IMG/VR virus record: IMGVR_UViG_3300022670_000248
Span: 1 to 37,413 of that record
From: a virus
Lineage: Duplodnaviria; Caudoviricetes
DNA length: 37,413 bases
Direction: 5' to 3' (one strand)
Part shown: positions 27,683 to 34,988 of the stretch, in pieces
Position numbering within the stretch: position 1 is the stretch's first letter
Layout: every line of letters starts with the position of its first letter
The notes under the pieces: generated by a model
Databases searched by the model: none
What the model saw: only the letters and a program-made list of their open reading frames with translations
Told to the model about the DNA's origin: nothing
Program-made: the position numbers and the translations under genes

Positions 27683-27971
27683 CGCTCAGTTCGTGATACC
27701 GTTGACCACGTTCCACCCGGACTGACTTCGGAGCCTTCACGAGTACCCGACAAAAATTATCTTTGTTGGTATCGTTGCCTAACATCATGAACACGGTAGG
27801 CGCAATCTCCTGAAAGTTCTGATTGTCAATCGTGAACTGGTGATCCATCGTTTTCGTATGGACAGTGATGTTGGTTTTGCTCGGTGACTTGATCATATCC
27901 AAAGTCACTTTCGTATCGTTCAACCAAATCTCGTTGTCCTTTTCTAATTTCATTCCTAGTACAAGTGCCAT
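27675..27971 (-). CDS. CsrA/RsmA-like RNA-binding protein with internal expansion
   Basis: N-terminal MALVL...EIWLND.KVTL and C-terminal RVLVKAPKSVRVERGQRY resemble the two ends of CsrA (VRIGVNAPKEVSVHREEIY). Confidence 0.55.
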   Translation of the reverse strand: MALVLGMKLEKDNEIWLNDTKVTLDMIKSPSKTNITVHTKTMDHQFTIDNQNFQEIAPTVFMMLGNDTNKDNFCRVLVKAPKSVRVERGQRYHELSDA

Positions 27972-27975
27972 TTCT

Positions 27976-28413
27976 CTATCTCCCATTATTGAATCGATTT
28001 TTTACAGCAGGGTAAGTAGTCCACAGTGAACCTCCTAGCTGACCTTTTCGCTCCGACACTACCTGTACAAGTCCCCGGCTTCGGAGTACCGACAGATTGG
28101 TCGTTGCCTTATCGCAAGTGATATCTAACGCCACTGCGATTTCCTGCGAATTCTTATCCCCCAAAGCCACCAGACATCCCAAGATTTTTGAGAGTTGTGT
28201 ACCTCTGGCGGGTAACACTAATTGTGCCGCCCTGATCGGTGTACGCACCATTGTATCACCGTTCCGTGACAACCTTAGAAATCGGTTAAGGCCACACACG
28301 CAATGTTGAATTACCTGTTCCCCGTCGAAGACAAGCCACGAGAAACCACCACATTTTGGGCAGGGTAAGGTATGACCCATAAACCACAATCCGATTATTA
28401 TTAATATCAGCAT
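27976..28413 (-). CDS. Zn-ribbon + winged-helix DNA-binding protein
   Basis: CPKCGG...CVCG, then SQEIAVALDITCDKATTNLSVLRSRGLV. The true start may be the Met at 28380. Confidence 0.75.
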   Translation of the reverse strand: MLILIIIGLWFMGHTLPCPKCGGFSWLVFDGEQVIQHCVCGLNRFLRLSRNGDTMVRTPIRAAQLVLPARGTQLSKILGCLVALGDKNSQEIAVALDITCDKATTNLSVLRSRGLVQVVSERKGQLGGSLWTTYPAVKNRFNNGR

Positions 28414-28419
28414 CGCAGC

Positions 28420-30342
28420 TTACCCGATTTTGATCCGCTTTTCGAGAAGCCCGAGAGCACTTTCCATATCAACCACTCTGGCTGACAGTCCCAATTGCTT
28501 GCTCACCAGTTGAAAAGTCTTCTCGTCTCCCATGACATTTTTCATAAAACTTTTTTCGATGTAGCCGATAAAGTCAGGGTTCATAACGTCTGCCATAGTC
28601 TTGTAAGGTTTGGCTACATTCGATTGAACCCAATCCCCGTTATTAAAGAACACGTTTTTAAGATCGGCTGAGACCACCTTATTGTCCAGCTTACGCGCAT
28701 TTGCCATTTCAGTAGGGTTAGGGGTTCCTAAAAAGTTTGACACCCTATCGCGGCGATCTGGGTTAATTAGAACAACCCTTTCGAAGCGTCCCGCTAAATC
28801 CACTAACTGATCGGCAGTTAAGTCTTCGACAGGTACACCGACCTTGTTGATATATTTTTCGAGTGACACCGCTTCGTTATAAGACTCAACCCGAACCCAA
28901 TCATCACTGGTTATGGCTACGTCAAAAAGCGGGGCCAGCAAATCTACCGGAAGCGAGGTATTGAAATCGATATCGAAGGCAGTATCAGATAACCACACTC
29001 GGCCTGTTTGCCCGTCGATCAAAACGTAGAAGTCAGAATACTTAATAGTATTGAAGTCTTTAATCTCGCAACCCACCACACAAGGCTTGTTCATGCCTCT
29101 GGCTACAACCGCAGCATGTGATGTTGCACCACCCTTAGTGGTAAGAATTCCTGCGGCACGTTCCATACCCTTAATATCGTCCGGGGTAGTTTCCTCGGCA
29201 ACTAGAATGGTATCTTCAAGGGACATCAAAACCTGATCGACACTGAATGCCGCTTTTCCGGTTGCGAAATATCCACCTGATCCGATACCTGTAGCAGCAA
29301 CCGGCGCATTGAAGTCGGCAGGTAAAACCGGCTGACGTAATTTATTAAAAGTTCCCGGCTTAATCCGCTCACCAAGTTCCTCAATCACTCCCTCGTCAAG
29401 CAGGTCGAGTGCAATTTGAATTTCTGCTAAAGCACTACGCTTACCGTTCCGAGTTTGCAGGATAAACAACTCACCCTGTTCGATAGTGAACTCGATTTCC
29501 TGAACATCTTTAAGTTCAGCCTCAAGCTTCTTACCGACGACCAACAACTCTTCGTAAAGGTCGGCATGACTCAGTTTCATTTCTGAAAGTGGGGGAGCGG
29601 TAGTTGATCCGTCAACAACGTCTTCGCCCTGACAATCGGTTAAGAAATCTCCGAATGGTTCGTCAACACCCGACTCAGGATTGCGAGTAAAGTACACACC
29701 CGAACCAGACTGTTCGTTGAAGTTACCGAACACCATCGATTGGATGACAACCGCTGTTCCCATCGCACCATCAATGCCGTTGATCTGGCGATAATAAATT
29801 GCGCGGTCATTATCCCACGAATTAAAAACCGCTTCGATACAGTGACGGATGACATCACTGATTTTCGGAATATGTTTAGTGATCGATTCTAACCACGCAT
29901 CGTGATTGTCGATTGATCCCTCGTGACCCATCACAACATCGGCATACATCTCTACAAAACGTCTGCGGCAATCAGTCTGTAAATGCTCGTGTAGATCGGC
30001 GTCATCGTATCCCGCGCCGACATTTAAAATTGTATCCATCATCCCCGGCATCGAAACTGGTGCGCCTGAGCGTACAGACAACAGGGTATGTGAAGAGTCG
30101 GGAAATACTGAATCGTTAAGGGCGATCATGACCGCCTCAACAACCTGATCTAAAAGTTCGGTTCTGGCGAGTGCATCACCCTTCCGATAAAGGTTACAAA
30201 CTTCTGTCGGAATGACTAAGCCCGAAGGGACATTAAACCCGCCGAGTTTCATTTCGATTAAGTTGTGACCTTTGCCACCACTGCTATTAACAGTTGAGTC
30301 GGTGTCGGTCTGGGTACTGGTAAAAAGTCTAACTAATTTCAT
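28420..30342 (-). CDS. PPDK-like dikinase: ATP-grasp + phospho-His swivel domain + unrecognised C-terminal domain
   Basis: GGKGHNLIEM, SVRSGAPVSMPGMMDTILN, QGEDVV, EFTIEQGELFILQTR, GGATSHAAVVARG (His409). Only ~190 aa follow the swivel domain. Confidence 0.92.
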   Translation of the reverse strand: MKLVRLFTSTQTDTDSTVNSSGGKGHNLIEMKLGGFNVPSGLVIPTEVCNLYRKGDALARTELLDQVVEAVMIALNDSVFPDSSHTLLSVRSGAPVSMPGMMDTILNVGAGYDDADLHEHLQTDCRRRFVEMYADVVMGHEGSIDNHDAWLESITKHIPKISDVIRHCIEAVFNSWDNDRAIYYRQINGIDGAMGTAVVIQSMVFGNFNEQSGSGVYFTRNPESGVDEPFGDFLTDCQGEDVVDGSTTAPPLSEMKLSHADLYEELLVVGKKLEAELKDVQEIEFTIEQGELFILQTRNGKRSALAEIQIALDLLDEGVIEELGERIKPGTFNKLRQPVLPADFNAPVAATGIGSGGYFATGKAAFSVDQVLMSLEDTILVAEETTPDDIKGMERAAGILTTKGGATSHAAVVARGMNKPCVVGCEIKDFNTIKYSDFYVLIDGQTGRVWLSDTAFDIDFNTSLPVDLLAPLFDVAITSDDWVRVESYNEAVSLEKYINKVGVPVEDLTADQLVDLAGRFERVVLINPDRRDRVSNFLGTPNPTEMANARKLDNKVVSADLKNVFFNNGDWVQSNVAKPYKTMADVMNPDFIGYIEKSFMKNVMGDEKTFQLVSKQLGLSARVVDMESALGLLEKRIKIG

Positions 30343-30371
30343 CGGTCTTTCCTAAGTTGATGTGACTATAA

Positions 30372-30404
30372 CTAAGCATAGTTGATTAATTAATATTTGT
30401 CAAG
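30372..30404 (-). promoter_or_regulatory. Early sigma70 promoter, repeat copy 4
   Basis: CTTGACAAATATTAATTAATCAACTATGCTTAG. Leader ACATCAACTTAGGAAAGAyCGATG is shared with copy 1. Confidence 0.85.
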
Positions 30405-30603
30405 ATGATTTTGAAATTAATTCTGAATAAAATTCATTACTATAAAACACCCCTTTCCTGCTGTCGTGCTTGATAACCGGATGGGCAGCAGTGCCGAAGT
30501 ATTTATATCTGGCACAACTGATTGGCAGCGGTTTCATAGCCCACTTTTTGATTGCCTCGTGCGCGTGTGCGTAACCCATTAATTGCCAGTCATGATCACT
30601 CAT
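30400..30603 (-). CDS. Hypothetical protein
   Basis: 67 aa; its stop codon is the TGA of TTGACA. Confidence 0.55.
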   Translation of the reverse strand: MSDHDWQLMGYAHAHEAIKKWAMKPLPISCARYKYFGTAAHPVIKHDSRKGVFYSNEFYSELISKSS

Positions 30604-31732
30604 TTACTTTCCTCGATATCTCCCTGAGTTTATCGGGAGTCACTTCTTCGCCCTCAGACAGATGCGCCTGATAGTCTCGTATGATTATCCCAAACCGTGG
30701 ATCGCCAACAACCGCGCTCGAACACCACGTTCTCTTCTGCAAGTGCGGGGGTAGTTTCCGATGGTTAGGCCACAACTGATAATGCCCTCGACGGATATGC
30801 ATCGCAGTCCCCCGAGTTGGTCTTCCAGATGGCGTACTTTCAGAGTACACATTGCTCGTGAAATCTCCTAACGAACTCACAACATAATTTGTGTAGGGTT
30901 CCTTGTTTCGTTTTTTACGTTTCCTCACCAACCCCACCGGCACTTCAACTTCCCGGTAACGCACCCTCTGGTGTTTAAAGAAAAATAGGAACAGGCAAAG
31001 CGTCAACGTCATCGAAGTCTTGCCGTAATTATTTGATTGTTCTATCGCTTCCATATCATCCGATGAATACACCCACTTACAAATTTCGTCATCCCACTTT
31101 AGGGTTTGCGAATACACCAATCTGTCTTCGAAAAATTCGTGAATCTCGGGAACACAAGCAGGGGCGTAGTGCCAACCCTCGGGCGACTCTTCATCAGCAC
31201 ACCCATGAAATAAACTCGTCTCAAGCAGCTTGTCGATTTGCTCCCCTAATTTAATCTTGTAATTCTTAGTGACAGTTCGAACTCGAATCATGCATTCCCG
31301 CATAACATGTTTGTTTGGCAGTTCGATACCCTCGATACAGATCAACATATCCTCGAACGGTAAATGTACAATATCATTTTTGAACTCTTCGACACACAGT
31401 TCCATAAAGGTCGTGAACTCGTCACGGCTCAAAGATTGTTGCAACGCATAAAGGTCTTCGGAGAAATCTATTACCACAGGAAAATGGTCGTCCATGCTCT
31501 CGCCGTTATCAGCAAGCCAATAGCAGTAAGGGTCTTTACCCACCAACTCCTGCCCTATACTTTCTCGATCTTCATCGGTCACCCCCATATCAGTCAACGG
31601 AATTCTAATCCGCTTGTCTTGAATCAGTGCAGCATAATCTGGATATCGCTCAAAAATGTACCCATCAGATAATCCGCGAAGTGAACGCATCAGGTGGTTT
31701 CTAACTTTCGCAATCTTTGCTTTAAACATCAA
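30596..31732 (-). CDS. Phage hypothetical protein with HxRRGH motif
   Basis: C-terminal basic segment, then HIRRGH...W....VG.PRFGII.RDY. AGGAG SD, behind its own promoter. Confidence 0.8.
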   Translation of the reverse strand: MMFKAKIAKVRNHLMRSLRGLSDGYIFERYPDYAALIQDKRIRIPLTDMGVTDEDRESIGQELVGKDPYCYWLADNGESMDDHFPVVIDFSEDLYALQQSLSRDEFTTFMELCVEEFKNDIVHLPFEDMLICIEGIELPNKHVMRECMIRVRTVTKNYKIKLGEQIDKLLETSLFHGCADEESPEGWHYAPACVPEIHEFFEDRLVYSQTLKWDDEICKWVYSSDDMEAIEQSNNYGKTSMTLTLCLFLFFFKHQRVRYREVEVPVGLVRKRKKRNKEPYTNYVVSSLGDFTSNVYSESTPSGRPTRGTAMHIRRGHYQLWPNHRKLPPHLQKRTWCSSAVVGDPRFGIIIRDYQAHLSEGEEVTPDKLREISRKVNE

Positions 31733-31756
31733 ACTCTCCTAGTTAATGATCCCTAC

Positions 31757-31785
31757 ATTATGCCTGATTAAAAAGTATTTGTCAA
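31757..31785 (-). promoter_or_regulatory. Sigma70 promoter TTGACA-N17-CATAAT (divergent copy)
   Basis: TTGACAAATACTTTTTAATCAGGCATAAT. Confidence 0.7.
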
Positions 31786-32162
31786 TTCCATGACATATTA
31801 ATTTTATCAATAACAGCCTTACATCGCTGCACAGTGAACATTCCGATATGACAATTCGCGATTGGAATCTCCATCTCTTTTGCAAGCCACTGATAAGCTT
31901 CAAGGCGAGTCCAAGTTCCTTTTTTCCATAGCGGATCGAATGCAGCATGAGTTAATTTTTTCCACTGCCTGAGTTCTTTATTTGCCAGTCGGCCCATCGG
32001 GAAATGATGCTTTTTAGAATTCGAATGTGTCCCTACATACGCCTTGCACGGATCGCACATCCAGAAATATTTTTCAGCAAGGTCTGGTCGATGCGGATAG
32101 ATGACTTCGCCCGTCACCAGTTGCGCCGGTTTCCCGCAGTAGTCACACTTAATATAAATCAT
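31782..32162 (-). CDS. Zinc-finger protein, DUF3268-like
   Basis: CDYCG, CDPCKAYVGTH, GRLANKELR, HAAFDPLWK, AYQWLA, CHIGMF. Confidence 0.85.
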   Translation of the reverse strand: MIYIKCDYCGKPAQLVTGEVIYPHRPDLAEKYFWMCDPCKAYVGTHSNSKKHHFPMGRLANKELRQWKKLTHAAFDPLWKKGTWTRLEAYQWLAKEMEIPIANCHIGMFTVQRCKAVIDKINMSWN

Positions 32163-32350
32163 CTTTGTTTCCCCAACGTCATATTCACCCAAGCAAGATC
32201 GGTCATCAGTTTTTTCTTGTCTTCTTCGATGCCCTCAACATACTCAAGCAACATGTTGACCAGTTTTAATTCCAGTTGAATAATTGGCTCTTCCATATCG
32301 GCAATGGCTTCTTTGCGCTTGTTTCGAATCACGGATATTATGTCAGTCAT
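32159..32350 (-). CDS. Hypothetical protein
   Basis: 63 aa, helical, ATGA-coupled. Confidence 0.6.
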   Translation of the reverse strand: MTDIISVIRNKRKEAIADMEEPIIQLELKLVNMLLEYVEGIEEDKKKLMTDLAWVNMTLGKQR

Positions 32351-32544
32351 AACATATCCTCATTGCCGATATCTAGATCATCTTTAACCCACCGCTTCAA
32401 CAGCCGACACGTTATCTGGGAGAGGGTTAAGTCACCTATTTTGGCTTTCTCAACACAGGCATCTTTCAACTCACTGGTCAATCGGATTGCCAACCGGGTA
32501 TCTCGATTTTTTGAATAGTCTGTTTTTTTTAAAGAATCCATCAC
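32347..32544 (-). CDS. Ribbon-helix-helix DNA-binding protein
   Basis: RDTRLAIRLTSELK..C..KA....LTLSQI...LL..W pattern. Confidence 0.75.
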   Translation of the reverse strand: MMDSLKKTDYSKNRDTRLAIRLTSELKDACVEKAKIGDLTLSQITCRLLKRWVKDDLDIGNEDML

Positions 32545-32753
32545 TCTTCCCTCGTATCGTCAACAGTAAAATGTAGACTGGTGATTTTCGTATCGGCCTC
32601 AGCATCTCTCAGGAATTGAATCGACTCGTCTATGTGCTCTTCCCACCATCCGATCAGACACGGCCCACAAAAATTATCACCAGAAAATTCCGGGTGAGTA
32701 AACAGGTTGCCCTCGTACTCTTCCCCGCAGTTCATGCATCCAACTTCATCCAT
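32541..32753 (-). CDS. Small Zn-binding hypothetical protein
   Basis: MDEVGCMNCG...FCGPC; GGAGG SD. Confidence 0.6.
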   Translation of the reverse strand: MDEVGCMNCGEEYEGNLFTHPEFSGDNFCGPCLIGWWEEHIDESIQFLRDAEADTKITSLHFTVDDTREE

Positions 32754-33027
32754 TTTTATCCTCCCACTCTTCCCGCCAGCCGCGCACCAATGCACCGCTT
32801 TCCCACTCTTTTATTTCTGATTCCAGTTCCCCGATCTTCTTGTGCAGTGGGTCATGAACAGCCGCCCAATAATTAGCGAACCATCCCTGCACCCAACCCA
32901 CATCAATTTCTGTGGGCTGACCTTTTGCCCTATTAATTTTTATGAGAGTCATACAAAAACGCTCGGCCCAATGCATTGCATCAGTACTAGATCGATCTAA
33001 TTCTCCTAACGGTGCAGGCTTACCCAT
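32746..33027 (-). CDS. Hypothetical protein
   Basis: MGKPAP...DAMHWAERF...GWFANY; GGAGA SD. Confidence 0.65.
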   Translation of the reverse strand: MGKPAPLGELDRSSTDAMHWAERFCMTLIKINRAKGQPTEIDVGWVQGWFANYWAAVHDPLHKKIGELESEIKEWESGALVRGWREEWEDKNG

Positions 33028-33214
33028 GAGCTTTCTCCAAATGGTCAGCAACTTCCCAACCTAAAGCGTGTTCAGCCTCCCCGAATTTATGCATAGTTTT
33101 ATACAGGCCGATTCTCCCGAGCCGGTCTTTAATCAGCGGAAACAAGACACATAGTTCGCGTTCTGTCAGCGTGTTGATATCCCGAGATATCCCTTCAATT
33201 ATTTTCGCGCTCAT
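33020..33214 (-). CDS. Hypothetical protein
   Basis: MSAKII start with GGAGG SD. Confidence 0.6.
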   Translation of the reverse strand: MSAKIIEGISRDINTLTERELCVLFPLIKDRLGRIGLYKTMHKFGEAEHALGWEVADHLEKAHG

Positions 33215-33392
33215 ACTTTTCCTCCGTCCCGTCAGGGTGAACAATAGTCAATCCAAAAGTCAATCCTCGTTGGTTGCGACAAAAATTTCTAGCGGTCTGC
33301 CGTTTGCCAAACGTACAGCTAAAATAATGCTTCTTAGGTTTGGGCCATTCGCCTGTTTGATACACCCGGAAATATGGTCTAGGTTCCTCCAT
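33195..33392 (-). CDS. Hypothetical protein
   Basis: 65 aa, in an overlapping gene chain. Confidence 0.55.
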   Translation of the reverse strand: MEEPRPYFRVYQTGEWPKPKKHYFSCTFGKRQTARNFCRNQRGLTFGLTIVHPDGTEEKYERENN

Positions 33393-33573
33393 CAGTTTTC
33401 TCCCGATTTTCGTTTACACAATTACTGCATTCGGCCCCCTCAGCAGCATGGGTCTGAACTAGATGACCGCCGAGAACATCATTCAAAGCGAATAACTGTC
33501 TGGCATGTTCCTTACAACAGTCCACGGGGCCAGTAGGCCAGTGAACCGTAACCGTTGCAGGATATTCAGTCAT
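33379..33573 (-). CDS. Small Cys/His-rich hypothetical protein
   Basis: HWP.GP...CKEHA...CSNC; GGAGG SD. Confidence 0.65.
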   Translation of the reverse strand: MTEYPATVTVHWPTGPVDCCKEHARQLFALNDVLGGHLVQTHAAEGAECSNCVNENREKTDGGT

Positions 33574-33790
33574 CAGTTTCCTCCTGTTCCTTTTTCGAAG
33601 TCTTCATTTCCTCGATGATAATATCCTTGACATGCTTCTCAACCCGCAAGGATCGATCCAACATCGCTAAAGTAAAACCCAACCTATCGAGAATCAGGTT
33701 CTCGATTGCCACAATTGCTTGCGGAAAGTTCGTCCGGTGTTCCCGAAAGTCAGCCAGTATCTCGCCTATCTTTTCTTCGAATTGTTCCAT
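33566..33790 (-). CDS. Hypothetical protein
   Basis: 74 aa, coupled to neighbours. Confidence 0.6.
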   Translation of the reverse strand: MEQFEEKIGEILADFREHRTNFPQAIVAIENLILDRLGFTLAMLDRSLRVEKHVKDIIIEEMKTSKKEQEETDD

Positions 33791-33987
33791 TATTTTTTCC
33801 CCATCAGTAAAGCTTGCAGCATCACCCTAGCGATCTGTTTGTACGCAGCCAATAATTCGTAAGTGCTTAGGTCGGCATTCTCACCAAGCGAACACAACAC
33901 TTCATCATCGGTTGCGGCTAATGCCATTCGATCAATCGCACTCTGGTAATCTACCGAAGTGACTGTAGTTGTATTGTCATTATCCAT
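33790..33987 (-). CDS. Hypothetical protein
   Basis: 65 aa, coupled to neighbours. Confidence 0.6.
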   Translation of the reverse strand: MDNDNTTTVTSVDYQSAIDRMALAATDDEVLCSLGENADLSTYELLAAYKQIARVMLQALLMGKK

Positions 33988-34195
33988 ATCGATCTTCCTT
34001 CCACTTTTTTTCGAACAACTTGATCGAGGTCTGATAATTACTGATGTTCATTTGCAGGTAGAAACGATACTCCCGATCTGCCTTGGTATGACACGTTTCA
34101 GGAATAGTCTTCAACTCCGATTTCATTCTAACCAACGCACTCCGCGCTTCTTCCAGTTTCACATAAGCAACATTTTCTTTTATCTCTATCATCAC
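33980..34195 (-). CDS. Hypothetical protein
   Basis: 71 aa, GAGGA SD. Confidence 0.6.
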   Translation of the reverse strand: MMIEIKENVAYVKLEEARSALVRMKSELKTIPETCHTKADREYRFYLQMNISNYQTSIKLFEKKWKEDRYG

Positions 34196-34365
34196 AAATT
34201 ATCCTCTTCAATAAACGCCCCGTCATTACAGTAAATAAAACCACCCTCGATTAATTGAACTCCCCCGCGAACATCACAGAATTGTCCCGCATTGTCCGGG
34301 TGAAATGGGTTGTTACTATCCCCGCAGCCAATTAATAAAAGTGATACTAGTATCAAACATCGCAT
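34192..34365 (-). CDS. Small lipoprotein (57 aa)
   Basis: Not in the ORF track. MRCLILVSLLLIGC-GDSNNPF...; lipobox LIGC; coupled to neighbours at both ends. Confidence 0.7.
   Translation of the reverse strand: MRCLILVSLLLIGCGDSNNPFHPDNAGQFCDVRGGVQLIEGGFIYCNDGAFIEEDNL
34342..34355. repeat. Palindrome copy 4 (TGATACTAGTATCA)
   Basis: Lies in the first codons of the lipoprotein gene. Flanks are inverted relative to copies 1 and 3. Confidence 0.75.
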
Positions 34366-34547
34366 CAGTTTCTCGGACTATATATTTTAGGGCATCGTTT
34401 ACAGTACATTTTTGCGTAATCATAAAACCCTTCAATCCCATCATCTATCTGTTTTTGAGTTGGTTTATCCTGCCCTTCATCAACAGCACAAGTCCAATCA
34501 TGATGTCCCGTAAGACAGGCTAACCTACCAAAGAATTTTTTAATCAT
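34365..34547 (-). CDS. Small Zn-binding protein (CxxxHxW...CKRC)
   Basis: Likely start MIKKFF, ATGA-coupled. Confidence 0.6.
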   Translation of the reverse strand: MIKKFFGRLACLTGHHDWTCAVDEGQDKPTQKQIDDGIEGFYDYAKMYCKRCPKIYSPRN

Positions 34548-34687
34548 CCCGGCCCCTCGAATATGTAGCTGAGTAGTTTTGCCAACAGTGCCGCGATTAC
34601 GATTACCCAGAATGAAAAAAATATCCACGCCATCAACTCGGGAATATCGCTTGCGAATATCCACACCCTATTCCATTTACACTCCAT
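34544..34687 (-). CDS. Small membrane protein (47 aa)
   Basis: Translated by hand: MECKWNRVWIFASDIPELMAWIFFSFWVIVIAALLAKLLSYIFEGPG; GGAGA SD. Confidence 0.55.
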   Translation of the reverse strand: MECKWNRVWIFASDIPELMAWIFFSFWVIVIAALLAKLLSYIFEGPG

Positions 34688-34699
34688 TTTCGTTCTCCG

Positions 34700-34789
34700 T
34701 CATGCGATAAAAACCGCAGCAATGATTAAAAAGAGGCAGACATATATAACGAAATCGCCTATTCCCATCGGGTCTTTATCAGGTTTCAT
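34700..34789 (-). CDS. Small membrane peptide (29 aa)
   Basis: MKPDKDPMGIGDFVIYVCLFLIIAAVFIA; AAGGAG SD. Confidence 0.5.
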   Translation of the reverse strand: MKPDKDPMGIGDFVIYVCLFLIIAAVFIA

Positions 34790-34988
34790 TTCCGTTCTCC
34801 TTAAAAACTGCGGTGTAATTTCCTATCATCCTCCAAGGCCAGTACTTTCCCTTTTCGAGATTACAGCCGGGGCAGGGATAATCTTCTTTCACCATCCGGT
34901 AGGCTTCGTCTAGTAATCGATTCCCGCACTTACACACCCAATACTCGGGTCTGGGAACTGGATCGACAGTGAAATTATTTGTAATCAT
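34779..34988 (-). CDS. Small Zn-ribbon protein
   Basis: WVCKCG...CPGC. Confidence 0.6.
   Translation of the reverse strand: MITNNFTVDPVPRPEYWVCKCGNRLLDEAYRMVKEDYPCPGCNLEKGKYWPWRMIGNYTAVFKENGNET

Noticed and set aside
28420-30342. Calling the gene ppdK / a carbon-metabolism auxiliary gene
   Set aside because: The pyruvate/PEP-binding barrel motifs are absent, so the symbol would imply an unsupported activity.
21174-30404. 33-bp repeats as CRISPR repeats or att sites
   Set aside because: They are kilobases apart, each has -35/-10 geometry directly upstream of a gene, and no cas or integrase gene is present.
34548-34664. N-terminal extension of the 99-aa ORF
   Set aside because: The region is occupied by a 47-aa TM gene in another frame, which has an SD and ATGA coupling to the Met at 34547.
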